Origin: Octopus vulgaris
Taxonomy: Eukaryota
Assembly: GCA_951406725.2 (NCBI GenBank)
Contig: OX597816.1
Coordinates: 158,844,001 to 158,908,000 of the forward strand
Direction: 5' to 3'
Length of the DNA: 64,000 bases
In this document: piece by piece, positions 11,338-25,750 of the stretch
How positions within the stretch are numbered: the first letter of the stretch is position 1
Layout of the letters: each line of letters starts with the position of its first letter
Position numbers and translations under genes: made by a program
Notes under the pieces: generated by a model
The model's database searches: none
What the model was told of the DNA's origin: nothing
The model's input: the letters and a program-made list of their open reading frames with translations, nothing else

Positions 11338-11370
11338 TTTGTTTTTGTTTCATATATATATATACATATA

Positions 11371-11756
11371 GGCGCAGGAGTGGCTGTGTGGTAAGTAGCT
11401 TGCTAACCAACCACATGGTTCCAGGTTCAGTCCCACTACGTGGCATCTTGGGCAAGTGTCTTCTGCTATAGCCCCGGGCCGACCAATGCCCTGTGAGTGG
11501 ATTTGGTAGACGGAAACTGAAAGAAGCCTGTCGTAAATATGTATATATATGTATATGTATGTATGTGTTTGTGTGTCTGTGTTTGTACCCCAGCATTGCT
11601 TGACAACCGATGCTGGTGTGTTTACGTCCCCGTTACTTAGCGGTTCGGCAAAAGAGACCGATAGAATAAGTCCCGGGGTCGATTTGCTCGACTAAAGGCG
11701 GTGCTCCAGCATGGCCGCAGTCAAATGACTGAAACATGTAAAAGAGTAAAAGAGTA
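11371..11756 (+). mobile_element. SINE family A, well-preserved copy
   Basis: ggcgcaggagtggctgtgtggtaag head; tail ...cagtcaaatgactgaaac followed by (gtaaaaga)n. Confidence 0.9.
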
Positions 11757-12001
11757 TATCCGTGTTTAATATTTAGAATATTTGAGCGGTAGGAGATAAA
11801 ATAGTTAAAAGAAATACCAGGCTAGCGACAACTCGATCGGCAAGGTAATAGGTTGAATTAATCGATCATATCCTGCTCTAGTACCTCACAAATAATTATC
11901 TGGACTATTCAAGTAGTTGTCTCTGGTTTCGTTATCTCGTCACACCTTTACCTAAATAACTGATCTTTACTTTGTAGTTAGTAAAAATTATGTTATATAC
12001 C

Positions 12002-12177
12002 CACCAGCATAGCGGTCAGCCCCGGGCGACACTTTTAAAGGAGCGGCACATTTAAAGCGGCGGCACTTTTCATCATGTTGTAGGCTATTGCTGTGGGTAA
12101 TATGTGTTTTTAGTGGGGCCTGAGGGCGGCAAACGGATGGGCCGCTATGGGCTGCACACACTCTAGCTATGCTAGTG
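12002..12177. mobile_element. hAT-like MITE, same family as 4835-4985
   Basis: TIRs caccagcatagc / gctatgctagtg; flanks tatatacc / catatatc (6/8 match); a lone right end also lies at about 18190-18248. Confidence 0.55.
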
Positions 12178-12219
12178 CATATATCTAATCTTGTGCGACA
12201 TCGAAGTATTTCGTGTCAG

Positions 12220-12587
12220 TGGTGGTGCAATGGCCCAGTGGTTAGGGCAGCGGACTCGCGGTCGTGGGATCGTGGTTTCGATTCCCAGACCGGGCGTTGT
12301 GTTTATTGAACGAAAACACCTAAAGCTCCATGAGGCTCCGGCAGGGGTCGTGGCGAATACTGCTGTACTCTTTCTCTCACTCTTTCTTCCTGTTTCTGTT
12401 GTACCTGTATTTCAAAGAGCCAGCCTTGTCACACACTGTGTCACGCCGAATCTCCCCGAGAACTACGTTAAGGGTAGACGCGTCTGTAGAGTGCTCAGTC
12501 ATTTACACGTCAATTTCACGAGCAGGCTGTTCCGTTGATCGGATCAACTGGAACCTTCGTCGTCGTAACCGACAGAGTGCAACGACG
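12220..12587 (+). mobile_element. SINE family C, tRNA-derived, with 12-bp TSD
   Basis: A box tggcccagtgg, B box gtttcgattcc; TSD atttcgtgtcag at 12208-12219 and 12588-12599. Confidence 0.9.
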
Positions 12588-14961
12588 ATTTCGTGTCAGC
12601 TTGTCTAACACTGCAGCTAATAAGCTACAGAACAATAGACCATAAAATGCTTATACTTATCTTCCTGACGTGAAACAGAATCTATGTACTTTAGTTACAT
12701 ACAACATTTTTACTTAACATTTTAGATTTTACTCGCTCTATTAAAAACAATTTCCCTTTCTACTTCTTTTAACTATAAAATGGCAGTGGCACAGGAAATC
12801 CACATTTGCCGAATTGTCCTTCAGAAGTGCGGTGAAATCTTCTGAAGCATCCAAGCTTTGTAAGGACTCGCTGAGACCGCCGACAATTTTAACAGTTCAA
12901 AGACAAATTTGAAAGGGATCAGCCCACAGTTACTGCCAGTCTCAAATATTATCACTTGAAATATGTAATGACCGAAGAAATTACAATATTTTCTGAATTT
13001 CGTTTCCTCAGCTTCCAATACTGAAGAATCGGATCTATGTGCACTGAGAACGTAAGATCAAGCGGAAAGTGTCTATGACTGTTGCATACCAGAACAGACG
13101 CTTTTTTAAAAATTATTTCTAAAGAAACTAAGTCAGTTCATCGGGACAGCGCCCGACACAATTAGTCAAGACTACAGACTTCAGAATGCTGGGAATTCCC
13201 ACTTTGGGAGAAAATCTCTTGAGTCTGCGAGAGAAGCAATGATAATTCTTTAATATTGCCACATGTGTACCGAACTGATTCACACTTTGTAACTTAAGCG
13301 GATTGTTATATGCAATCTCTCGTGGTTGAGGTTTCCGATGGAAAATAAAAGAAGATCGTTAACTCATAGAGATTTGGCTGCGAGTATTCGACTCCTATCA
13401 TAGTGATCAGCATCTATGGCAGGTAAATCACTCGCCCCTCTAGAAACAATATTGTCTATTTCTGTCTTCGCTTCTGTTTAGTGCCAAGGATAAAAACAGG
13501 GATAAAAGCTCATATCCTGTGGAACTCAAGAGGTGATTAACTAGAGTGGCCGAGCTACATATAAGACATAACGAACAATGAACGAAATCTCAGACCTCCA
13601 TGTTTTACTAGAAAATGGATTTGTGCCAGATTCGAATCAGACAGATCGACATTAATAATAATAATGAAGAAACAAACCTACATCACAATATCGGACCGAG
13701 ACAAAAGAGAGGCCAATTGATGTGAAGGGTTGGAGCGCAGAAAGTACACCACGTAAGGAAGACAAAGTATTTCAAAGCAAAAAGAAGGATCGTATGTTTT
13801 TAATACTATCATCGGTGAGCGTAATACAGAAATTTTGTTGTTAATTAAATGAGGCAAGAAGCAAATTGACAGTCATTAGTGTCGGACAGAATGTTTTGCA
13901 GTGTTTGTTCCGGCACTTTGCGTTTTGGTCCATTTGACTGGTAGACTTAGCCCTCGACCGCTTTAACATCACCATCTGGCTCCGAGAGTGCCTTTAGCGG
14001 AGTCCACTCGGTTGCAAGCATCCAGGCCAAGCATCAGGCTTGAAGGTGCTTTTCTCACCCATCCCCCAACTAGTCTTAGAGGCCGCGTAACAGGCCATGG
14101 CCACTGTTTGCCATTCTGACGAAAATATTGAACCAAAAAAAGCATCATGGGTAAGAGGGACAACTAGCAGAGCCCAATACGAATTTTCCAGAATGTGAAG
14201 AGAAGACTGTTTCCGGGTAGTCATCCAAGTTTTGACTGAAGATGAGGATGTTTTTAGCTTTATGAAATTCTAGGTCTCATTCCACTGAAGTTTGAGTCAA
14301 TGGTTCCGAAACTTCCAAAAGCATTAAGAGTATGACTTGCAATATTTGTGTCCTTCAATATTGATGGGTCAAAACAATAGACAGTCTGTGTGTCGTTTCA
14401 ACCTTCTCGCTTCCGATTTTAAATCCCGTTGTGTGAAATACTGAGTAGCAAGCGCTGGAGCATGATGGTTGGCAAAATTTTTGGTAGATAGATTCAGACT
14501 ATTGTATCAGAAAATTAAATTAAATTAGGAAAGAGAACATTTATTTCTACGCATCTGCCTGACCTGCTCAGAATCAGCCAAAATATCCATCATCTCTTGG
14601 TCACAGACTACAGTGTTGCATTAAATATCAATTCATCAAATATCGATTTTTTTTTTCTCAGGCACAAGAATAATTGTTGAAGAGACGTATAAACGAGAGT
14701 AAAAATAAATGGTTTTCCGTCAATTTCGACAATAAGTAGTCAGCTGTTCGATGAAATGTAGTATCTACTTATTTAATTAGAATATAAGTGGCTGAGCATT
14801 CCACAGAGACACGTGTCCTTAATGTAATTCTCAGGCAGAACCAGCATGATACAGCGCGTAACAATGACGGACCTTTGAATTACAAACGCAATGCACTCAA
14901 CAGGCTTCAGTTTTCATCTATTATCATGTTCTTGGGTCACTCAATGGCCACGGTAATCTAA

Positions 14962-15264
14962 TGACACTCCGTCGGTTACGATGGCGAGTGTTCCGGTTGA
15001 TCCTATCAACGGAATAGTCTGCTCGTGGAATTAACGCGCAAATGGCTCGATACTCCATAGACACGCGTAGCCTTAACATAGTTCTCAAGGAGATTCAGTG
15101 TGACAAGGCTGGCCCTTTGAAATGCAGATAGAATCATTTTTGCCAGCTGAGTGGACTGAAGCAACGTGAAATAAAGTGTCTTGCTCAAGGACACAACGCG
15201 TCGCCGGGAATTGAACTCACGATCGTAAGCTGGCTAGCCTAATCAATAAGCAACACACCTTCAC
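14962..15264 (-). mobile_element. SINE with family-D head/core and family-C tail
   Basis: 15135-15264 matches the head/core of 45431-45775; 14962-15125 matches the tail of 12220-12587. Confidence 0.7.
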
Positions 15265-16554
15265 GAATGGCTACGGTAAATGACACTCAATATTCCACAC
15301 ACTGGAATCGAACTTGGATTACTGTAATTGCGAAGCGAACTTTTTAACCACTCGGCCATGCTATGTTTACGACAGGCAACGCAGCATAAAACTGGTATCG
15401 TAGTGACTGCATCGATCCAAGAGTTATTAGTTTTACAAACAGACTATTGTTTACAAAGCACAAGAATAAAATTTTCTTTGAAAAAGAATCGACCCTAAGT
15501 AAATATTCATCGTAAACGTTAGTGTAATAAATAGAATCAATTATTTCATATTTCGTGGTCAGAATTATTCATCGATGAATGATCAACTCTGTTGATATCA
15601 AAATGGTGACGGATTGAAATCATGATATGGTGTTCATATCATTTACGTGATGACAGCAAAATATGGCTACGACCGAAAATCGAACCATCGGGAAGTTGTT
15701 TTCCACCATGCTACAGTGCTAACCACAACTTGCATGTTGAAACTTGTCTTTCATTCTTTCGGGTGGATGAAATAAATAACAACTGAACACTTTGGTCGAT
15801 GTAATCGACTTGCCCCCTCCTCCGAAATTGCTGGCCTGGTGCCAAAATTTGAAACCGATATTTGTGTTGAAATCAACTCCAACGAGATTTAAAATCAGAA
15901 GTGAGGAGGTTGAAACTCAATACAGGCTGTCTATTGTTTTGGATCATCTAACCGAGTTGAAGTACACAGATATTGCAAGTTATACGTTAACCTCCAGTTA
16001 TTAATGAGTTCTTAAAGATAATAAATCAGATATAATTTCCTATCAGTCCAGAAACAGAGTAAAAGGTGAGATTTGAAAAGAGAGGCCCCTGGCGTAGGTG
16101 TGAAAGAACGCAATTTTCTCTTTTGTTTATTCGTGCAATTAATGAATGTGTACCCGAACACCGAGAACCTTTGCTATGCCACTGGATCGACCTATAATTT
16201 TTTAATTACAAAGAAACATAAAACGAACTCGTTACAGCTATCCAACTCTTGAAAGAGTATATTTTAATCAACTCCATCAAATATCGAAATATAGACATGT
16301 TTATTCTTAACGTGTTTCAGACAGAACCAGCGTGACACAGCGCGTGATAAGGATCGACCTTATATAAGCCATCAGACAACTTTCCACGCAGTTTCCATCT
16401 ACTTAATTTCACCCACAATCAAATTATGTAAAAAGGTAAATGTCATAGAATTAAGTCTATAACATATATCAAACAAAAAACTATTTACCTCTCGTTGCGC
16501 GACTTGTTCGAAATACAGACAAATCTCCATCAGATTTCTTAGAAACAAGTTACA

Positions 16555-16720
16555 AGAGTGAGTTCCATTCTCAAAAGAAGTAACAGACTCTGATCCTACC
16601 AGTTATCGTCATCACTCTCACTTTTACCATCACCGAAGTTAGCAACGGAGCCAGCCATTAGCAACAGCTTTCTCCATCACTCCTTCCCAAATAACCACCA
16701 CCACAGTTTTCAAAAAGTTA
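16555..16720 (+). pseudogene. Decayed LINE RT N-terminal remnant
   Basis: Frameshifted PI.K...SDPTSYR pattern resembling the NYRPI motif region. Confidence 0.3.
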
Positions 16721-18269
16721 AATCTCTAACAATTTTTTTTAATCAGGGTAAGGCCGCTGTTTTAGAGCCAGTGCAGCTTGAAGCCAGTGTCTTCGAAGGG
16801 GTTGCTGTCAGAACATAAAAGACCGAAACAAATATCGCAAAGCATCCGCCCCGAACCCCTAACAGTTCTTACAACCCTCCACTCTGGATCGATAATTTTG
16901 GTGGTTGAAAAGGGTAAAGAATTGAATTGTTTTTCCATTCACCTTCATTTATTTATGCTTATCTAGTTTCCTCCGGTTTCATACAACGGAAATTACGATT
17001 ATGAAAGATTTTTTTCTAAAAATTTCAATCTCTAAACGCTTTTGCCTCAAACTCCATTCGATTCTCTTTTCCTCCTGCTTTTCTTTTTCCCGACCTTGAA
17101 AAGATGAAATACAAAGCAACTTCGGTGAGATGGAAGTCGTAACAAATACTGTAAGGCATTCTATCCCATTTCTTTACTACCCATAAGGGGCTAAACAGAG
17201 AGGACAAACAAGGACAGACAAACGGATTAAGTCGATACCGACCCCACTGCGTAACTGGTACTTATTTAATCGACCCCGAAAGGATGAAAGGCAAAGACCT
17301 TAACAATGCTGATACGCCGTCTGAAACGTGTGCGCACATTTACTTTATGCACAAAGTGCGCTAAAATATTTGATTTACTCGAAAAATTTTTAAAATGGGA
17401 TATCCACTACCCCACAGTCTTGTAGAGGGAGCAGACCATTTAGATAATCTGGTTCCAGATGTGCAATGCTTAAGAAAAGGAAGGGGTACTCATAACCTCA
17501 GCAGTGCTGACCTGACGCCACACAACAAGAAACTATATTAAAGAATGAATGTTAGTGATATACGAACTCATTTTTGTGTTTATTGTAAATGAATGCGCGT
17601 TTATACAAAATTTACTTATTGCTATTTCTAAAAATAAATAGGTAAAGTATATCCCAATCTTGGTAAATATACTCTTGTCGTAGATGCAAAATAATACATG
17701 GTGACAGCATGGACTTCTCAGTTACGTCCGATGGTATAACAAGCGTAAGTTGAATTTTACAAACTTCTTCCTGGCAGCATGACTTCTTGTTGATGCAAAC
17801 TATATAAAATTCTCTTTGGTTATATTTGATATTGGTAGAATTAAATTTGATATTACTATGCATTGGTAGAATTAATGAAGAAAACAAAAATTTACTAATA
17901 AACGTACACGGGAAAGGCATGAATGTCACTGTACCAGTTTTGATTCGGACAAAAATTTCAAAACATTTCTGTAGTTACGGCTGGGGTGTTAGGGTTAGGG
18001 TTGGGGAAAAAAGTCAAAACTGAAGAATTGGGGGGGGGGGGGGGAATTTAACAATGCCGATTTTTTGGCAAATTTCCGGAACGTCCGTATCCGAAAACGG
18101 GGGTTTTTTGAAAAAAAAAATTAATGAACAAATTTGGGAGAAAATGCGGGGGTGGGGGAGGAAGTCTTTCCAATATGTTTTTTGTGGGGTCTGGGGGCGG
18201 CAAACGGAAGGGCCGCCCCGAGTGGCACACACTCAAGCTATGCTAGTGGCCTGATCAAAACAATAATTA

Positions 18270-18440
18270 TTTTTACTAAATGCACAAAGCCTGAAATTTT
18301 AAGGGAAGGGACTAGTCGATTGTAGCGACTCAGTACTTTACTGGCACTTACTGGACAAGCTCGGCGGTATTTGAACTCAGAACCGAGAGACGGACCAAAT
18401 GCCTCTAAGCATTTCGCCCAGCGTGCTAACGATTCTGCCA
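18270..18440 (-). mobile_element. SINE family B
   Basis: Reverse complement of the family B head and tail, with an internal deletion. Confidence 0.7.
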
Positions 18441-21400
18441 AATAAAATAAATAAAACCATATCTAAGAGAAATGAACAAGCTAGAAATATAAGAGAACTT
18501 TTTTAGTTTCGAGCTGCCTTTAAGTCCCAACGTCCCGAGTTCAAATACAGTATGAGTTAACTTACCATTCACGTTTCCATTGAATACCAGTTATGTACTG
18601 GTATTCATTCAAGCCACTGATCAAAGACAGCATATCTCTTATAAGTATAAACAATTTAAAGACCGATCAGTCGTGAGAAAATTGAAAAATCTATAATTTG
18701 GAACAATAAAATACCCTTTAAGTGATTTGAGGAAAAAAAAAAATCAAAGGGCTCGGGAAAATCATTAGCTTGCGATCATTTTGCTTCTTCTATACAAAGA
18801 AACAAATACTAAGTTCTTTAAGTTTTATATTTATAGAAAACAAATGAGATTATATGACATTCATATCATTCTTATGTAAAGAAGAATGAAATTGTGACAT
18901 GCATAGTATGCTTTGCATACCTTCCTAAACGACCACATAAAGTGAAATGAATACAACTGAAAGTTGAAACCTAGAAGGAAGAAATCTCTCACCAATCTGT
19001 TTACGCTATTTAACAACATATTATAATACTTGTAGCATCTAGTTTTTATCGTAACTACTTATATTGCACAATATTTATTATTTATATACGTGACTGATTA
19101 TGAAATAAACATAAACCAGAGGAGCCTCTTCATGGTTGATCTATGACCCGCAATCGCAACCAAATCTCCATGCTATACCTACCATATAGATTTTTTTTTT
19201 AAGGACACATTAGATACTCTAGTGTGTGATACACTATGGTTACAATTGGATTGCTTTAAACCATGTGGTGTCTCCTTAATAACAGCTAATGTCTCACGTA
19301 TAGTAGAGCTAACCGCGTCACGGTTACTATTACTCCCATCTCGCGAGACGGATGTCAGTGAAAAAATTTACTAGAAAAAAAAAGGACACAGAAATGAATT
19401 GGGGAGGGGGGACAAAATGTAAACGATTAAATTGGGGGGGGGGGCGAAAAATTCTTTCACAAAATGAAACCACCGCCCAATTCTTTGCTCTTTTTCTTTC
19501 TTCATGAGGCAGTGATAGATATTCCGAAAGTCCGCTAATCGTATCATGAAACGAGTGTAGGTTTATTAAAAATCCACCGTCGTAAATTGCGAGCCAATAA
19601 GATTTGGTAGTCCCTACCATACTTTCACTAATTATTTTCAGTGTAATCGCGAGCAGATACAGGCACTCTCTCGCTCCCCTTAACTTTGACTGAGCGGAGT
19701 ATCCTGGATGAGATAGATGGAGGGAGAGAGACAGCCGTACCAGCAGCCTTCTGGTCTTATCACATTACAGGTGGTATCCGACATAAAAAATATATACATT
19801 ACTTGCATGTTTAATAATAATAATACACAACCAGGGACAAAAGGAACTAACCTAACACTGATTAAATACATACAACGCGAAACAAAAACTGTGAACCATG
19901 GAAATTGTTTGAGTATTTTCGGATAGACCGGAGTTTCAACTCCGAAACATTTTTAAAATGGAAAGTTAAATTGGTAGATTCTTTTGGGCATGCAAAAATA
20001 TATATTAACAAGATAGTTACGAGGAAAAAGTCCTTTCTTTGGGTGAAGACCACTAACCTGTAATTATGCTAAATAACGAAATGGTCCTGGTTGGAACACT
20101 TTAGAAAAGATGGATATTTAGAAAAACTTAGCCTATGGTTCGATATCTAAACTAGTCAACGTTAAGAAATAGCAGCTAAACCCTTTTTGAATAAGGAAAT
20201 GAATTGGAAAAAAAAGTTAGTTTTTTAAAGAATTATTTCATTTCAACATAATAACCTTAACCAATAACTCTTAAACTCAAACCCTTAACTCCCGGGACTT
20301 GTTTCCTCAGAATATTTTCAATAATGCATATTGCACGTGTAAAGGAATCAACCAATGTATTTTCCATTTTGGAATTTTTCTGTTACGGAATTTAAATTCT
20401 GGGATATCCCATATTCCCGTAAGACCCCAGTTCTTAAACTCAAAAACAAATACCAGTACCCTGCCCCCAACATTAAGGGCTATTTTTGTTCCCGCCTCAT
20501 TATTAATGAGAAAACAAATCAGAGTTTACATCCAAGTAATCTTTCTTCTCTGTGGAGTTGCGCAAGTTTTAAAAGTTCAAAACCATACTAACTTTATAAA
20601 ACAGGAGTTTAATAGGGCTCTTCAAAATTTTTACATCCCTATCCAGAGGAGCCGGTCGGTCCCGCTTCCTTGAGATCCAAGATGCGGATGGAATAATAGA
20701 TTTGGCAGTTAAACAATAACGAAAAAGAGCCGCGGAGTGTCTGCATTTTCTATGTAAAATATCTAAGGGTGGGATATGATGTAAAGAAAAAAGATTTTAA
20801 AAGGTTATGTTCCACATATACATAACTACATAAAAATCATAATATAAAAAAATTACGATTCAGTGACCTGTAAATTTTGTCTAAAAAAGTAAATCTTTTG
20901 ACACCCACTAAATTAACTGATGGCTTTCAGACTTTTCTCAGACGATAAATAATATTTATCATTTCATAAGGCAGTATGTAATCTAACACAAATCGTTGAT
21001 TTGAAGTTTGACCTGAATATATATATGAGTACAGAAATACTTCTTGTGTACGGACAAAGATAAAAGCAATCTTTTTGAAATTGACAAAAAAAAAAAAAAT
21101 TAAATTCACAAGTTGCAGTTGCAGTTGCATTTTTGCTTGCTGCATAATATAAATTCTGCTGATTCATACCACCCCCAAACATAAACAGAAATGAAATTTG
21201 TAGCAATGCTCACTCACAAGAAAATAATAAACAATAAAAGTTAAGAATTTGTTGACTAATTCACTGGTAATAAAATTCACACGCTTCCAAATCTCTTACA
21301 GGACAAATGTCCACAGCTTTTTCAATTATTTTCATTGAACAAATTCTTGGTTATCCGGGTGTTTTAGTTCTTTTCCTTAAACTTTATATCAATAAAATAA

Positions 21401-21729
21401 GGGGCATGTGTTAGGATCCGGGTTTTATAATTTAAAACATTTAAACTTTGGCGAAAGAAAGAACAGGTTGTAACGGAGGAAATTTACAATTCCTAACAAT
21501 TTTAATTTTACAGATATATGTTCTCACATAAAATAAAAAGAGAATCGGAGAGAAAATACATTAGCAGGAACTGGCTTTGATTTATAACTAGTTTTCTTGC
21601 ATAAGAAAAGATCGAATCACAATGATTTAATTTGGATCCTACCGAAGTGTGACTGATGCTATCATTATATATATATCAACACTGAAACTGAATTAATAAA
21701 AGAAACATTACACAATTAGAATAAAGTGC

Positions 21730-21784
<55 letters not shown>

Positions 21785-22449
21785 ATACACACACACACTC
21801 GTGTGTGCACGGTGATATATACGATAAATGTAATTGTATCGATATATTGATTAAAGTTACATAAAAATTTTGAAAAAGGCATGAGATGTTACGGCATGCC
21901 ATAGTAAACGTTTGTTGTTGGTTTTAAATTAACAAACATTATTACGATACAAAGCAAATGATAATGATAATAACAATATTTAAATTTTGACAGTGATTAA
22001 CTTACCAGAGTGAATTGTATATAAATAGGTACGCCTCGTTAACAGAACGAAAATAAAATGTCATTGCAATTGACGAAGGCCGGGGCCTTATTTTTTTTCT
22101 TTTAGTTAAATAAAACAAGTCCGAGCGGTTAAAATAATAATAGACAGAAACTGATACCAAATCCTCTGTTGTTCGGAAGAAACTTCTTTAATATAAAAAA
22201 ACAAATTGCTCAAATAAAGCAGTAGTAGTCGTTGCATATCAAACTAGACTAAAAAAAAAAGTGACGGGGGAAACCGTATTTCCTCTCTTTTTCTGTCTTT
22301 CTTTCTTTCTTTCTCTCTATTTCTTTCTTTCTCTTTCTTCCACCCTCTTTTTCTATTCTTTCTTTCCTGGCCTAACTTCAGACCGGTTGTGAATTCGAAC
22401 TTACATTTATTCAACTAACTTCGCTATTACAAATGTGCATGTATTTGTA

Positions 22450-22511
<62 letters not shown>

Positions 22512-22795
22512 CACACACACACACACATACAAATACAGATATATATATATATATATATATAATCACATACATACATGCATACTTACACTATACATATACA
22601 CAGTCGCATTTGCAGGTGACAAAGAGCCAACTATCGTTTTTTGATAGATTTTATAATTGAGTGTTGGGGACATAACTTCACGGTTCACATCATCCGCTGT
22701 CACGGCAAATTAAAAAAGTGTGTGTGTGTATATATATATATATATAACATTTTAGAAAGTTGATGTGATGAAATAAGTTTATTGTACATGTGCAT

Positions 22796-22803
22796 AGATA
22801 GAT

Positions 22804-22892
<89 letters not shown>

Positions 22893-22938
22893 GTAGGTAG
22901 ATAGATAGGTAGGTAGGTAGGTAGATAGATAGATAGAT
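22796..22938. repeat. (GATA)n/(GGTA)n microsatellite
   Basis: Direct reading. Confidence 0.95.
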
Positions 22939-23089
22939 CCCATTTTAAAACATGAGCATCGTGATGACAAATAATTAGGTTTAGGGTGTATGATCAGGTA
23001 ACTTGATAAATTGTTATTGATAGCATATTAAACCGAAGTGGAAGTCCTGCCAGGTAGACCTAAGTATTTATTGACATTCTGTCACTCGC

Positions 23090-23296
23090 AGCTCGGCAGA
23101 ATCGTTAGCATACCGGACAATAAGCTTAGCAGCATTTCGTCCGTCTTTAAGTTCTGATTTCAAATTCCGCCGAGGTCGACTTTGCCCTTCATCCTTACCT
23201 GGGGCGATGAAATAAGTACCAGTTGTGCACTGGGTCGATGTAATTGATTTAACCTCTTCCTTCAGAATTTTTAGACCTTGTGCATATAGCTGAAAA
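23090..23296 (+). mobile_element. SINE family B
   Basis: Full-length similarity to 52660-52866. Confidence 0.8.
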
Positions 23297-23479
23297 GGTT
23301 TTCTTTTCTTTTTTTTCGTTAAACCTTCATAACACACACGCACATACCTACACACACATTCAATATTTTGTCCTGTGTCGTCCATAATGTTTTCCTTGAT
23401 GTAAACACTTTGTGCTAAAAAAAAAAGAAACCACCACCACCATCATCATCATCATTATTATCATTATTATTATTATGAA

Positions 23480-23672
23480 AGCAGCGAGCTGGCAGAATCG
23501 TTAGCACGCCGGGCGAAATGCTTAGCAGTATTTCGTCTGAGGCTAAGTTCTGAGTTCAAATTCCACCGAAGTCGACTTTACCTTTCATCTTTTCGGGGTC
23601 GATAAATTAAGTACCAGTTGGGGTCAATGTGATCGACTATTTCCACCCACTTGTGGCTATAGAAAAAAGGAT
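23480..23672 (+). mobile_element. SINE family B
   Basis: gcagcgagctggcagaatcgttagcacgccgggcgaaatgcttagc head. Confidence 0.8.
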
Positions 23673-24089
23673 TGTTGTTGTTGCTGTTGTTATTTGTCTG
23701 TCTTGCAAGCCTGAAAGCTTTGTAAGAGAAAGTTAGTCCATGACAGGGGGGTATACCCTTGTCGATCACCAGCTGCATGTGATCTGTTAAATGACAACAC
23801 GAGTCGTGTTCTGCAAGAGAAACCATGTGCAGAAAAGGATAGTGCCTGACAGTGACACAAACGTCCGTAAATTACAGAATAAGGAACCAGCTTACTTCAA
23901 AGGTGTGTGTGTGATTAAGAGAGTATAGTTTTGTTTGTGGTGGGGTGGGATATTAAATAACTCTTTCGTAAGTTTAAACAGTGCGGTTATAGCCGTACCA
24001 GAGCACTTCGTAAGCTTTGTTTGTTGTAATTTCTAATGTTTGCCTTAGTTTTCTGTGTCAGATCTTATAGAGTTGATTAACTCGTAAAT

Positions 24090-24320
24090 TGATGTTGTTA
24101 TTTAACCCCAGGTCAGCTCTGATTAACAGACATGCCAAACATGATTGATTACCCACACCTACCTACCTACCCGTTTTTGATTTTTGTTCGCTGTGTATCA
24201 AAAATCGCGTTATTCAATCTGTTGCTTTTAAGAATGTATAATGTAATTTAAGGGAGATTTGATTGCTATTTCTAGTAAATTAAACGACTGTCTAGAAGCT
24301 CATTTGTTGGCTCGCGGTTC
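24090..24320. mobile_element. Old dispersed repeat family, representative copy
   Basis: Motif ctagaaatagcagccaaatctccc (either strand) recurs near 14560, 19150, 20165, 47260, 49500, 62450, 63745 and in the 6162-6410 arms. Confidence 0.5.
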
Positions 24321-25606
24321 ACTTGACTCGTAAATTGATAGCATTAGTAATTTTTACTTCCTTTAGTTTGTTGGTGAATGAGGAATTTCAGGAAAGCAAA
24401 TATACTCGTTGGCGGATGTTGTTTACATAACATATGCTAGAAACTTTTTTGAGCTCGGGGTGGGAGATGTCTTCTTTTACCAATTATTATCAGTTTATTC
24501 GCATTTAGGGTACATTATCGCAATAATATAAATCAACTGCTGTATTGACTTTATCGACCCTAGTGAAATTTGAATTTGGAACACAAGGACCGTAAGTAAA
24601 TACCACAAGGCATTTTGTTCAACACTAGCAATTCTACCAATCTACTGTTTGTCAGCTATGAACAGACAGGATAAGCATTCTTTGGATATTTTCGAAGTCG
24701 CATTCTTGGCGATATTTTTTGCCGTTGACTCAGTAGTAGCTGTATCAATAAGCATTTGTGACTCAGTAATTGGAACAGTATAGCTGTAATGACCTGGTAG
24801 AATTTTTTTTGGTAATATGACGCTACTGGGACAATTCTGTTGATGTGGAAATAGGAGACAAACTATACAGCGTCTTAGCATTATCTGTGACCAAAATGCG
24901 TCGATTTACTTAAGTATCTGTGGCAGGGCTGCCGTTACAGCTTAAAAGAGCTCCAATGCACAGAGGTCTCTCTACGTTAACAACAGCATCATTTATAGAT
25001 TAGCACTGGGATCCTATCTCAGTGGGTCCCCCAGGTGACAATGCAGTGTGTCCAAGCATGATAAAGCCACTAATCTGTGTGGCTCAGTTAATGTGACCGT
25101 TTGCAGGTAGCAACTAGAAAATCTATATATTCTTCATGAAGATGCTGTATTCTTTGCTTTGAGTAGATCTGATTGGGACTTAATAAATTCAAGTTCTATA
25201 AAGAGTCCTCTATTTTGGTATTTCAAGAGATGCAGTGAAGACCAACATAAAAAAAAAATCATTCATTGTTTAATCATGTAGTTAATAGTGTACCTTATAG
25301 AAGTACTCTACTTTTGCTAGTGAAGGAAGCTCATTCCACTCGCAAATTACCATACATTTTTCTAGCAACTCACTGCCGCTGATCTCGTAGAAGAGATTGA
25401 ATGTTATGTTAAATCTCTGAGCAAGATATAAACAGTAGCAATACGGAACCGTAACATATATTTGATAACTAAGTGTCGCATCCTATACAGGACAGTGCTA
25501 CTGATGTTTATAGCCCCAGGAAGACATCTCCTCCAACTGGCTAATGACACACGTTCTGGGTCCAATTAGTATTTGTGAAGAGAGGTCATCGCTCCCATCT
25601 CTAGTC

Positions 25607-25750
25607 TTACATGATACACATGGACTCAAGTAACTGACAGAGACAATTCTTTGTGCATTTGCCATGTTTTATGCAAGGGCTCTGTGGATTGACATGCCAC
25701 AGGAACCATCCACAATGGCAGAAAAGAAGATTATAATATGCTGACATTTT
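25607..25750 (-). pseudogene. Helitron Rep-domain fragment
   Basis: HVNPQSPCIKHGKCTKN matches the HGPCG..NP.SPCM..GKCTK motif of Helitron RepHel. Confidence 0.55.

Noticed and set aside
12220-12295. tRNA gene (also 45700-45770)
   Set aside because: The tRNA-like head continues into a SINE body bounded by TSDs; no proper acceptor stem.
13021-13060. Other CTGANGA hits (also near 14236, 18020, 29361, 61664)
   Set aside because: No correctly placed GAAA and UH with supporting stems.
12780-13340. Possible decayed mariner-like transposase
   Set aside because: Only faint motif echoes with many stops and no TIRs found.
17989-18002. Telomeric TTAGGG repeat
   Set aside because: Only two units, inside a dispersed repeat.
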